Below the pieces are notes generated by a model. The model was not told where the DNA came from, made no database searches, and was given only the letters and a program-made list of their open reading frames with translations. DNA of 58,523 bases, counting the filler, from Squatina squatina (taxonomy: Eukaryota): NCBI GenBank assembly GCA_031763465.1. It is 3 parts of 3 records of this genome, joined end to end, with 100 filler letters (N's around TTAATTAATTAA, not from the genome) between each part and the next. Parts side by side here need not be neighbours in the genome. Positions count along the whole stretch, not along the records: positions 15,949 to 40,744 come from JARFOE010000162.1; positions 40,845 to 58,523 come from JARFOE010000079.1; 1 more part is not named here. One strand, 5' to 3'. Made by a program: the position numbers and the translations under genes. Within the stretch, counting starts at the first letter, position 1. Each line of letters opens with the position of its first letter. Positions 36,954 through 49,029 of this stretch are shown here, one piece after another.

Positions 36954-38431
36954 NNNNNNNNNNNNNNNNNNNNNNNNNNNNNNNNNNNNNNNNNNNNNNN
37001 NNNNNNNNNNNNNNNNNNNNNNNNNNNNNNNNNNNNNNNNNNNNNNNNNNNNNTCAAAACCATTATTGTAAAACTGGAAGCATGCTTGCCTATTTGATAG
37101 ACCAGACTCCCAGCTTCTTTTTGTAAGCAGGGGATTTCTGGTTTGCAAGCTCGCAGACAATTCTTTTTAAGTTGTTGTGACTTTGTTGTTTTCATGTAGG
37201 GGGCTGATTTTCTGAGGCCGATTTAAGGAGGAGTCTTTTCCATTAGTAGCCTTTCAACAGACAAAGGTTATAATTTCTTTTTTCTCCATTGATTATTTTT
37301 TTCAAAGAACCCTTTTTATGTTGAGTAAGTGCTAATGAGATCATTGGGAATACTTGGGTACAGAAATAACTGAGCCTGACAGTAAGACTTTGCTGGGCTC
37401 ATGCAAGCCAAACCCCTGGTGAGATCATTAGCATTCATTGTTTAAGCAGAACGATTAAAAGATCTATAGATATAAACTAGAAACAACATGTTAAAGTTAA
37501 TCACAATTCTTTATAATGGTTTTATATTGAGAGACTCTAATTGTGAAGTTCCATCCTGGGATTTTTCCTTTGTTGACTTTTTTTAAGCACAATTTGATAA
37601 TATGACAAAGTTTGTGCCTAAAACTAGATGCTGGTTGAAAAAAAATGAAATATTTCTACTTTTAATAATATTTGTTTACAATTATTACAGTGCCAATACA
37701 TTGTTCACATGAAATGTCTGTGCAAACAATTAAAATATGCAATAATTGTACATATTTTTGTCTGAAACATTGATTTAGTATTCTCCTGCGCTGTTAGATT
37801 TGTTATGCTTGGTGATGTCTTTCCCTTTATTGTGCTCCTGGGCTCTGCTGTCCAGCCTACCAAACAGTGCACAAAATGGGATTCATAAAAAAAAAGTAAT
37901 AAAATAGATAAATAACTTTACAAAAAAAAAATCAGCTCCAGCTATTTTCCATTTATATTTCCTCAATGAATCGTATAAAGTGGGGCCATGTTAGAATCAT
38001 CACTGCAGGGAAGAATGCAACTCTACATCTAATAGTTTCTGCTTGTACTATCACAGTCCACGTTGGGCTGTTACAATGCCACGTGAAGCGTAGCAAAAAA
38101 AGCTGATGCATTCAACAGTTCATTAAGTACAAATTTTCATTTCATATCACCTTCTTGATTTGCACAGACTCTTTCTGGGGGACTTACTCGGAATATCTTC
38201 TTTAGAATAATTTCCTTTCCAGCTGGCTGTTTCACTGTGACTCTTTAATGCATTTTTTACTCAGCCATGTAGNNNNNNNNNNNNNNNNNNNNNNNNNNNN
38301 NNNNNNNNNNNNNNNNNNNNNNNNNNNNNNNNNNNNNNNNNNNNNNNNNNNNNNNNNNNNNNNNNNNNNNNNTCACTTCAAGTGATCCTTTGATGCTTCT
38401 ACAGCAGCTAATAACATACCTATCCAATAGA

Positions 38432-38848
38432 AGTTATACCTATCAGGAAAGATTGAACAGGCTGGGAAACATTTCTCTGGAAAAGAGAAGGCTAAGAAAG
38501 GTCTTTAAGATTATGAAAGAGTTTGATAGGGTAGGCGTAGAGATGTTTCCATTTGTGTGGTAGGCTAAAATTAGGGCCATAAATATATAATAGACACTAA
38601 TAAATCCAATAGGAAATTCAAGAAAACCTTATGTGGAACTCGCTACCATGAGGAGCAGTTGAGGCAAATAACATAGACGCATTTAAGGAGAAGCTAGATA
38701 AACACATAAAGGAGAAAGGAATAAAAGGTTATGCTGATAAGATTAGATGAAGAAGGGTAGGAGGAGGCTTATGTAGAGCACAACCACTGGTATGGACCAG
38801 TTGGTCCAAATAGCCTCTTTCTCTGCTATATATTCAATGTAATTCTAT
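38432..38848 (+). mobile_element. CR1 LINE 3' end (degraded)
   Basis: YQERLNRLG.FSLEKRRL-like start, TGGAACTCGCTACCA and AFKEKLDKH motifs, and a 3' UTR. Confidence 0.85.
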
Positions 38849-39045
38849 CCAACATTCATTAATACAGCTTTAATTAACTCCAAGGAAATTGTGAAAATCC
38901 TGCATGTACCAGAGCTTGCAGAGACCTTTCTAATTTTCCAGCTCACGAATGATTGAAAGTAAGCCTTCCCAACTTTTCCCATGTATCTCTTTGCTCCTGC
39001 GCCACAATCTTGCAATGGCCAATTAAAAAAAAAAAGTATACATAG

Positions 39046-39226
39046 GGGTAGATTTTATTCTTCACCCCCTGAGTGGTAATGTGGCAGAGCAGATTGCCAG
39101 CCCTCAATAGAATCCAACTGATTTTTATTCCATTGATGTCAATGGAATGCAAATCAAACAAGTTGTATAAACAGCAGGGGATCCACTTCATATTATTGTC
39201 CAGACAATGAAAATGAAAATCTACCC
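39046..39226. mobile_element. About 180-bp palindromic MITE (Harbinger-like)
   Basis: Perfect 11-bp TIR GGGTAGATTTT / AAAATCTACCC, with a central palindrome ATTCCATTGA-TG-TCAATGGAAT (39127-39148). Confidence 0.75.
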
Positions 39227-40409
39227 ATAACATAAATAATCATGAATAAAACCATGTAATGGGCCTAGGAATATGACAGAGGGCATGTTTAAAAATATGA
39301 TAACACTGAAAACTGTAATTCATTAATAGAATCTAAATCAGCAGAAAGCCAGAATGGATATATATAAAACAATACAATGGAGATATACTGTAGGACAGCA
39401 GTAAGTGAAATATTCTATGACTAAAATAATGAAATAGCAGAGACAATACCTCTGTAGACCAATAATGTAATATAACATAGTGCAAGACACATGATAAATA
39501 TACAGGGTGGATAATTATAAGAATAGAGTATAATAGACCAAGTAATATAACAATAAAGTAATTTCTAATAATGGTTCGACACATTGTACAATACAACTGC
39601 ACAGTACAATACAGATATGAAAATGTAAAATTACAGTCAGATTTACTAATACAACATATGCGGCAGTATGGTTGCATTTCCCTCACTGCTGTGGTGATAC
39701 TTTGAAATCTGGCCCTTCATTAAGCTCAGTAATACCAGGTTTGGCCTGGAGTAAAGTGCTCATTCTGTGGTTTAACTGCAGCTGGGAATGCTGTGTTAAA
39801 CGAAGCCTTTTCTGGTTAAGTCAGCCTATTTTCTACCTACTTGCTAGCCTTTAATCCTCCTGATTTTGGGTGAAAGGAATGCTCAGAGCAGCACTAAACA
39901 CTGATCGATCGTCCATTGATGCTTTCTATGGTTTGTAACACGTTTAATCCATTGCGATAATTAACAAACACAGAAATCTTGGGCCCATAGCTAGTAGAGG
40001 GGTTGCAGCCATTGCTGTATCTATACGTCTGACTGTCCATTCCCATCCATTGCACACAATGGGAGGGTAAATTCACCAATGCTAATGGGGAGCCAGCATG
40101 AAAGGCAATGACACTACAGTGCCCATTCGTCAACCTAGTGTCCCTTCAAGGAGGTCTTCCCACCAGGAGCGTGTGATTGGTGAATGTACCCAAGGGATCA
40201 ACTGGATTTCTTCTTATGCAATGACCTTTTATTTAGGGTTGGGTGTGGTCTCCTGAATGACCTGAAGTAGAATTTACAAGCAGTGTTGTTAGCAGCAAGT
40301 TATGTCATCTCCAGTGAAATTTCCCATCAACATTTGTACAATTGAAAGACGATACTTAAAGAGGAACTCAATTAGGTGGCTTGTCTCATGTTTTTTTTCT
40401 CCTCTCCAG

Positions 40410-40502
40410 AGTCTTACCAGGAACACAGCAATTGAGATTGCCAGTAACGTGAAAGCCCTGCATAATGAAACGGAATCATTGCTCGTTGGAAGAGTTCCTC
40501 TG
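40410..40502 (+). CDS. Candidate 93-nt phase-0 internal exon of an unidentified gene
   Basis: Acceptor TTTTTTTTCTCCTCTCCAG and donor CTG|GTAAGG. Only one open frame: [31 protein letters not shown]. Confidence 0.6.
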
Positions 40503-40598
40503 GTAAGGTGGTGGCATCTGTCGATGCTGCAGGCAATAATTACACAGGTCATATCGAACACCAGTGTTCCAAATGTTTCTTTTTGTGAGCTGTATCGG

Positions 40599-40744
40599 TA
40601 CAGACTGTGCAGACTCGGGTACATACAGATACACGCTGTGCACACTCGGGTACACACAGGTAAACACTATGCAGACTCTGGTACATAGAGATACACGCTG
40701 TGCAGACTCGGGGGTTGATACAGGTACAGGCTGTGCAGAGTCAG
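40599..40744 (+). repeat. 31-bp minisatellite, about 4.7 copies, truncated by the linker
   Basis: Units TACACGCTGTGCAGACTCGGGTACATACAGA start at 40599, 40630, 40661, 40692 and 40725. Confidence 0.9.
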
Positions 40745-40844
40745 NNNNNNNNNNNNNNNNNNNNNNNNNNNNNNNNNNNNNNNNNNNNTTAATTAATTAA
40801 NNNNNNNNNNNNNNNNNNNNNNNNNNNNNNNNNNNNNNNNNNNN
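40745..40844. other. Artificial scaffold linker N44-TTAATTAATTAA-N44
   Basis: Identical to 15849-15948. Confidence 0.95.
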
Positions 40845-41479
40845 AAGTCTCTTGACATCTCAGAGCTGCCAGCCCCTCAAGTTGCTTGTATATAAATATT
40901 TATTACCGAGGCCTAGCCTATATTCTGTGTGTAATGAATATCGTTAGATCTTTGATTGTGTTCTTATTTGAATATTGAATTAAACATGTGCCTTCACAAA
41001 ACATTTCCAAATTGCACTGGCCTCAGTTCCTTGATAGTATGGTAAATGTGTTACAAATATCTTTCATTAAAAATGTATTTAGTCAATATATTTCAGAGTA
41101 TATCAAGATGCATATTGTTTTGATATTCATCCCATAAAATTATATCCAAATGGATCTAATTAGCATCTAAATACATTGAACTAACAATAATAGGTATTTT
41201 CGAAAATACAATGTAAAATTTTCTTTTCACGGGAAATTTAGCAAATGAGGGAGTTTTCTGCAATAATGGACCCAGCCCAGGTTCAACCTCTGTTCTGGAG
41301 TTTGCGAATGCTGAAGCTTTATTAAGTCCTTCTCTTTTGGAGCTGATTTCACTCAGTATTTTTCAACGCATTGCGGAATCCTATATGGCACAGATACAAA
41401 TGAGGAAGAGCAAAGATTTGAGGAAGGGGAAGCACTAGGCCCAGAACAGATTTTAAAGTAATGATGTCACATTTGAGAC

Positions 41480-41547
41480 GTAGGGACAGGAAATAGGCCA
41501 TTCAGCCCCTCGAGCCTGTTCTGCCATCCAATTGGATCACATCTGGT
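41480..41547 (-). mobile_element. CR1 3' tail
   Basis: TAGGGACAGGAAATAGGCCATTCAGCCCCTCGAGCCTGTTCTGCCATCCAA. Confidence 0.8.
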
Positions 41548-43457
41548 NNNNNNNNNNNNNNNNNNNNNNNNNNNNNNNNNNNNNNNNNNNNNNNNNNNNN
41601 NNNNNNNNNNNNNNNNNNNNNNNNNNNNNNNNNNNNNNNNNNNNNNNTTAGCGCCAAAAGTGGCTTCACGCCCGTTTTGCACCACTTTCACACGAGAAGT
41701 TTTACCACGAATTGGCCGCCCGTTATGTTTTTACTGCGTTTTTTTATGTTTTGTGCTGGTTTAACGGTACATGTCAGTTTTTCACAGATATGAACCAACG
41801 ACTCATGGTCCATATCCACGTTGAAACCTGTTGTTTCACTGAATTGCTGTCTGGTCCCTTTTGGTCTAGCAATTTAATTTTGATTTGAACAGCCGAGGTT
41901 CGCGATACGGAACACATAGGAGTAGGGGAGAAAAATGCCTTGAAAAAAGAAAGAGCTCACCCTAATCAAAATGAAAAGAAGCAAATATCTGTGCAGACCT
42001 GAAGAGTCAATGTTATAATTGGTGGGTAATGTTGTTGAGTTATTCATAATCACCAGTAGCTGGTGATTTTTCACATATGTACGAGGCAGAATGAAAATGG
42101 TATGAATTAGGGAGAAGGAAATGCAGCTAGCTTGATCCCAAGGCCTCAAAGTGATTAGTGACCGTGTTCAGCTTGCTTCAGCTGCCTAAGGTGAATATGA
42201 TCTCCTGAAGTTTATACGTACAGCTGCTCAGATTTAATTCACATGCTGGGCAGCATTACACTACCAGCCTGACATGTGCCTGGAGTCGACTTGCTTATGG
42301 AAAGCACCAAGGGACCTGCATCAGGTCTTTCTACCTGCTTATTGTGAATCACAGCCCAGGTCAATTCCAATATAGTGCTGGAAGGGAAGAGTTTGTATTT
42401 ACATAGTGGTGTTCAGGCGTATCCATCGCTTCCCCATCCCTCTCCCCTCTAAGTCTTGGAAGAGTTGCCCTTCTGTGTGCTACTCTCATTTCTTTATTAA
42501 TTAACTTTTGTAAATAAAGCAAAAGAATTCGCCCCACCCCAGCTGCGCCACCNNNNNNNNNNNNNNNNNNNNNNNNNNNNNNNNNNNNNNNNNNNNNNNN
42601 NNNNNNNNNNNNNNNNNNNNNNNNNNNNNNNNNNNNNNNNNNNNNNNNNNNNGCAATTGATTAAGTTATTAGCTTACATCTTCAGAGATTAGAATTCCTC
42701 TAAGTTCCGCTCATTCTGGTTATCAATTATTACATTGCTTAGTTAAAGTAACTGTTTTTGTCAATGAGGTTCATCTGGTCTTGGTCAAAACTAAAGTGTT
42801 TAGAAATGACCTCGCCGACACTGGAGAGAAAATAGACCCCCTTTTATACCCATTGGCACCAGGTTCCCAGTCCGCTTCTACACACAAGAAGCATACACCA
42901 GGGAAATAAGTAGCGCGTATTAAATTCAATTGAAAAATTATGTACACTTGATAAAATAAAGCATACTTTTCTGCACTCGCATATCTAAAAACAGCCATCA
43001 AGGATTCCTTTGTTGCTCCAAAAGCAATTGCCTGAGGGGTGAAAACTATTTCTCAAAACTTCTATACTTACCCTCATATTTACAAAGTAATTTGATGGTT
43101 AGTGTTAATTTCCTAAATGCGGACATTAAAGGCCGTGCGGGAGAAAATTTTGAAAGAGAAAATCATAAAAACAGCTCAGAATCAGCGAAATTGTTACCAT
43201 GTGTGCTGCCCTGCCAACCAGATTGCAGCATAACTGCGTTTGACCTATTGAACCTTTGCCAAATCAATTTTAAAGGCAATGTTCTCTAATGAAGGCCTAA
43301 TTTTTATTGCCACTCTGTTGACTTCAAAGTAGTTCAAGTTGCCAAACATAATTTCGCNNNNNNNNNNNNNNNNNNNNNNNNNNNNNNNNNNNNNNNNNNN
43401 NNNNNNNNNNNNNNNNNNNNNNNNNNNNNNNNNNNNNNNNNNNNNNNNNNNNNNNNN

Positions 43458-43520
43458 TGAAGCCCTTTGGAACATCCTGACGTTGTGAAAGGCGCTATAC
43501 AAATGCAAGTCTTTCTTTCT
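43458..43520 (+). mobile_element. SacSINE1-type 3' tail
   Basis: CTTTGGAACATCCTGACGTTGTGAAAGGCGCTATACAAATGCAAGTCTTTCTTT. Confidence 0.8.
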
Positions 43521-44120
43521 ATTTTAACTGCCTCACTCCCAGTTCCCACCAGGTAGTGGGGCAGGGGAGTTTGCCTCTGAGCCACTGGGATGGATTATGT
43601 CCTATGTTAATAACAATCAATTTAATTTTGAAACACTAGGGTTTCTAAAGAGAAAGAAAGTTATGCTTTTGAGTAATAATAATCTTTAATGTACCATGTT
43701 TAAAGAAAAACAACGCTAATGCAAGTTATGTTCGCTTCATTAGGAAAAGAAAATAGAGTTTCCCTGATCTTCCACCAACAATGTTCAACATGCTGTAATA
43801 GTTACACCAAACAACATTTTTGCTTTTTTTTTCTACTACATATTATATTAAAATGATTAAAAACTGCTCCCGAGAGGGGAGGGAAGAAAACATGGAAAGG
43901 GTGGGGGAGGAAGGTAAGGTTATTTTAAACAGAAGTGTTTGCCTTTTATTTCACATTACAGAATGCTGTAGTGTAGAGTTTGTACAAAGAATGTTTGCCT
44001 AAACATTTGACCATTTAAAATGAAAAGGGAAAATAAAACTGCAATAAAACCTAAAATATAAACAAGCAAATGCCATAAATATGCAGCAAAGGGCAAAAGA
44101 AAATGACAGGTTATGGTGTT

Positions 44121-44322
44121 AAGAACATAGAACATAAGAACATAAGAAATAGGAGCAGGAGTAGGCCCTTTGGCCCATCGAGCCTGCTCTGCCATTCAAT
44201 GAGATCATGGCTGATCTTCTGCCTCAACGCCATTTTCCTGCACTGTCCCCATATCCCTTGATGCCTTTAATATCTAGAAATCTATCGATCTCTGTCTTGA
44301 ATGTACTCAATGACTGAGCCTC
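44121..44322 (-). mobile_element. CR1 LINE 3' end
   Basis: (AAGAACAT)n terminal repeat and AGGAGCAGGAGTAGGCC..GAGCCTGCTCTGCCATTCAATGAGATCATGGCTGATC. Confidence 0.9.
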
Positions 44323-46806
44323 NNNNNNNNNNNNNNNNNNNNNNNNNNNNNNNNNNNNNNNNNNNNNNNNNNNNNNNNNNNNNNNNNNNNNNNNNNNNNN
44401 NNNNNNNNNNNNNNNNNNNNNNGAAATGGATCAAATGAGGAAGAAAAAAAAAATTGGACTACAGCTGTTAGGGAGCAAAACTCTGAACAAATGGTAGCTA
44501 CATTCATATTTCCCCTTAATCAGATCGAAGCAATCAGCTTGAAAAATTTTCCCATATGTTTGAGAGCAACCAACAAGCCCAGGGTTATTGCAAGGACACA
44601 GGCCACTACAAGGTTACAAAGTCTGGCTACAATTAAACACTCAGTGCAGAAATTGTGATGATGCTTCAGGGAGCTCATTCATTTCAGTCAGATGTAATTA
44701 TACGCCCAGGCTCTGCTTTCTATGGAACACAACCTCTCAACGTCCACAGACCTCGAGTCGGCAGCTTAAAAAACAGTGGGCTTCTTCATCGTTGTGCGGC
44801 AACTGCGTCGCAATTAATCAATAGGGATGATCAATTATTAGGATGCAAATCACAGTTTTCAAAGCATGGACTCCTCTTTGGCAAAAACTATCTTGTATGC
44901 CTGGGGATGTCAAAATAAGCTTCCGATGGGGTTCCNNNNNNNNNNNNNNNNNNNNNNNNNNNNNNNNNNNNNNNNNNNNNNNNNNNNNNNNNNNNNNNNN
45001 NNNNNNNNNNNNNNNNNNNNNNNNNNNNNNNNNNNATGTACCTTTACTATATTTGAGGAATTAGTGAAGTGTGTCATATTCCTTCATTGCTATATTTTCT
45101 TCATAGACCATAGTTCTTACTTACAAATATCAGATGCAATCTTGCAGAAGTGTGTATGGATTTTTGTCTTAGATTTGTGTGAATTCTGCAAGAAAATGGC
45201 AAATGCAATCCATATGAAACTTCAGATGGATGCTTCCACAGCAGTTATTAGCGTGTAACTGCATTTCACCAGTGGATCCTTTTGCTTTCATTAAACCTTC
45301 CTTCAAAGCTGAAGGCTTCAGTGTGATGGTGAAAGACTGCATTTAGCTTGAGGGCAACTTTAAGCTTTCCAACCCGGTGGTTGATATTTATGCTTGGCCC
45401 AATGGGTGAGTCTGTTTGTAAATGAAGAACTGTTTTGATATTGAATGACATCTGTCTACTATATTGCAAGAGGTTGAAATTGTTCCATGTGCTTTAGGAA
45501 GTTTGTAAGAAATGCTGGGAAACGTAGTGTTTAAAAAAAGAAAGATAGCTCGTTCCTATTGAAGGCTGACTCACTTCTGGTCCACATTCATACTCCCTTT
45601 TTCTCCTCAACCCTTTCTCACACATACACACAGATAAACTGGTTTTAGGATGGCAGCACACTGTGCTCACTTCTTTGCTCATACATGTTCAATCGAGTGG
45701 CACCGGTGCCCAGGGTTAATATTAAATTTAGGGAGCCTCTCCCTTACTTTCAAAAGGTCCAGGGTGAGGAGCAGAGGTTCCTGGTGAGCTCGTGTCAGCA
45801 TTTACACCACGATCAAAAGCCTGACTAATCTTAGCGCCCCTGTTGCATTAGTAGTGCAGAGGGAGCACTGAGGAAGGCGAGCAGGCCCTACACCAACTTC
45901 TTTCCGAGCTGCAATGCAACACTGTTTTGCAGTTAGTGAGCTAAATGCCTCTGCCCATTTTGAGTGGCAGCCTTACTAAGGCCTTAGGTTTGGTGCAAAA
46001 ATACTTAAATGGATAGTGACCAGGCTCGACGGGCCGAATTCCCTCCTCCTGTGCTGTAACCATTCTATGATTCTTATTCTATGCTATTTGTGACAGGTTT
46101 GCACTATTTCCTTCCTGTGTCCCTTTGGAATGAGAGCACGGGAATCTTCATGGGCAAAGGATCTGTTANNNNNNNNNNNNNNNNNNNNNNNNNNNNNNNN
46201 NNNNNNNNNNNNNNNNNNNNNNNNNNNNNNNNNNNNNNNNNNNNNNNNNNNNNNNNNNNNNNNNNNNNGTCCCTATTCACCTCAGGTACATATAATCCAT
46301 TTGCAAATCTTCACGCCACAACCTGCTTAAAACATTCATTCGATTTAAACAACACTGAGTTTAAAATGTATACCTCACATGAAACTGAGTGGAGCTGTTA
46401 AATGGACTGCTGTCTCCAGATGTAATAGGACGGCGGATTGACTGTTTAATGGGTTTGGTTTTTATACCTCGCTATTCAGGGAACATGAGATCTCCAGCTT
46501 TCCGAGATTTTCTTTTAATCTCCATTCGGGGAACATTTAATGCTCCAATCACGATTTTATATTTCAATATCATGCTGAAATCAGGTTTATTATACAACGA
46601 GAGTAAATGCAGTATGGATTGGTGTATCGACATTCTGCCTTGAATCAGTATTCTAATCATGCGAGATGCTGTTCTCAAGATGCATGAGGAATGGAGACTA
46701 TTAGGAGTGAATCTATTCTTCTTGAGTGTTTTAGCAACATTCTGCAGAGAACAAAGATCAGTGAAAGAGGAATAACTGTCCTCTGCACTTTGCTTGTTCA
46801 ACGTTG

Positions 46807-47095
46807 AATATAGAAACATGGATACTTGGGATTGAATTAGGACAGTAAACTAATCAGAGAGTTCCAAGGTTTATATAAAGAATCTAATAGATACTTGGGA
46901 ATGAATTCAAGGCTGCAATTTAATTGAGAGGTTCAGAATATAGAATTATGGATACTTCAAAGTGATTACAATGCAATAATCTAATCAATGGGTTCAGAAG
47001 GTTCATATAAATAATAATGGATACCCGGGAGTAATCTAATTCAGGGTTCAGTAAGTTTATAGGAGGAATGATTGACACCTGAGAGTAATCAAATC
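46807..47095 (+). repeat. Degenerate satellite-like tandem repeat, unit about 55-70 bp
   Basis: GGATACTTGGGA / AATCTAATC / GGTTCAG / TTTATATA blocks recur about 5 times. Confidence 0.65.
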
Positions 47096-47445
47096 ACGGA
47101 CTTTAGTGAAAATGGATATCAGGCAGTTTCTCTAATGGATGGTTTATCCACAACGTCAGTATTACGCCTGGGCGGCAAGTTGAAAGTCTACTCCATTGCT
47201 TCTACTATATTATTCCTCAGTAATATTGTTGCGATATCCCAGAAACGCTCGAGACAAAAAGGAGGAGCAAGGTCAAACTTTGCAGCCGCATAATTAAATT
47301 TTAACCCTGCCAGATAGCAAAGATTTACCTTAAATTTCCTGCAAGATATCTTCAGCCGAGCACCTTTTTGGATAGAGACTGAAATACACAAACACAACAC
47401 GCATCAGATGTTACAGGTTGTGCTGTTTCTCTGGGTGTCCCATCG

Positions 47446-47605
47446 AGGGTTGCTAACCCTCCGGGATTGGCCTGGTGTTGCCAAGAATTGAAGATTAATC
47501 TCCAGAGCACTGCTCAGAGCAAAACCAGGGAGAAAAACTATTCGAGCATGAAAAAAAATTGTTTTTTTTTCAAAACACTTTTGTTTATTAGTTATAAATA
47601 TCTAA
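47446..47605. mobile_element. hAT-type MITE, left end
   Basis: Starts AGGGTTGCTAACCCTCCGGGATTG (AGGGTTGCCA-type TIR) and runs into a gap. Confidence 0.55.
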
Positions 47606-48996
47606 NNNNNNNNNNNNNNNNNNNNNNNNNNNNNNNNNNNNNNNNNNNNNNNNNNNNNNNNNNNNNNNNNNNNNNNNNNNNNNNNNNNNNNNNNNNNNNN
47701 NNNNNAGCTACCGCGCATGTACCCGAATTATGATTCTAATTTTCGCGAGTGTAAATGCGAAGCGAGCTCGCTGTTTTCTCACATTAGACCGATGGCCATT
47801 AATTTTTCTTTGTCCTCCTGCCCGTCCCCCCATACACAGAAAAAGTAAACAAATAAATAAATAAGAATAATTCCGAGGGCATTATAGTTAAGTCTGGCGC
47901 ACAGCTTGCAAGATTGAAATTAGCAAGCCACAAGCTGTAATTCTGTAGTAACACTCACAAAAGAAGAGGATTTATAGTGACAAGATCCAATTAAATTTAA
48001 TTACACAAGCTGTATTTTCATTTTAACTGACACGTTTTATTAAACCTCCACATGCAGTACTGCTACTAACTTCAGCCAAATTATATCTCAGTAATACAGT
48101 TAGGTTATGCAAAATTCTTACTATCTAATTTTCAACAAAAAAAACTCAATTACAAAGTGTTTTTTTCCGCACTCTCTTTTTTTTTCCCAAACCCCCTTCC
48201 TTCCCTTCCCCACCAGTAAGTGCTCTCTTTGTTTGATAATAATCAGTTCATTCACAGGATATATTCCAGAATGTCAGCCTAGTTTTATGTCACGTTATTT
48301 TTTTTTCCCCCACTTTACCTCAACATATTATTTACCAAGCTGTGATATCCAAAACTGAGGGAAGTGTTGCTTTGCCCGACTTGAGGCCCTGCTACCCTGG
48401 GCCGCCTTCTGACCAGCGAGATTCAATAATAATAAGAACAAATGAAAGGCTGTCGGGAAGGTGCTGTCATGTTGAAAGGGCTAGCAGAGTAAGAACAATA
48501 ATAGAGANNNNNNNNNNNNNNNNNNNNNNNNNNNNNNNNNNNNNNNNNNNNNNNNNNNNNNNNNNNNNNNNNNNNNNNNNNNNNNNNNNNNNNNNNNNNN
48601 NNNNNNNNNNNNNNNNNNNNNNNNNNCTGCCCCACTTATAGCCATTGCTCTCCTCTGGCTGATCTTGGCCATCTGCTGCCTTCTGAGGCCAAGCTCAAGC
48701 CGCAGTGTCAATCCCGGGGGGGTCAAAGAGGTCAGCGGCGACACGAGATTTAACTGTTATTCGGGCTGATGCCACGACAAGACAGATACAGCTTCTCCTG
48801 ACGATAGTGATGTATGTTAAACTTGTAGCAAATTACTGGCATGATGGATCTATCGGAGATCTATTACAGCTGTCAGGATGTCTCTATCAGCCTTTCAGTT
48901 ATCCTTCCTTCTGCTAACTCCTGACATCACCCCACACCCCCCCCCCCCACCCTCCCACTCATCTCACCCCCTCGAGGCAACTGTCGCTCCCCCCCC

Positions 48997-48997
<1 letters not shown>

Positions 48998-49028
<31 letters not shown>
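48998..49028 (+). repeat. (AC)n microsatellite
   Basis: About 15 AC units, read directly. Confidence 0.95.

Positions 49029-49029
<1 letters not shown>

Noticed and set aside
39333-39686. 117-aa hydrophobic minus-strand ORF
   Set aside because: It is a translation of AT-rich low-complexity sequence with biased Y/I/L/C content and no motif.
40599-40744. CRISPR-like array (also 35161-35272 and 46807-47095)
   Set aside because: These are head-to-tail tandem units with no unique spacers, no cas genes and a vertebrate context.
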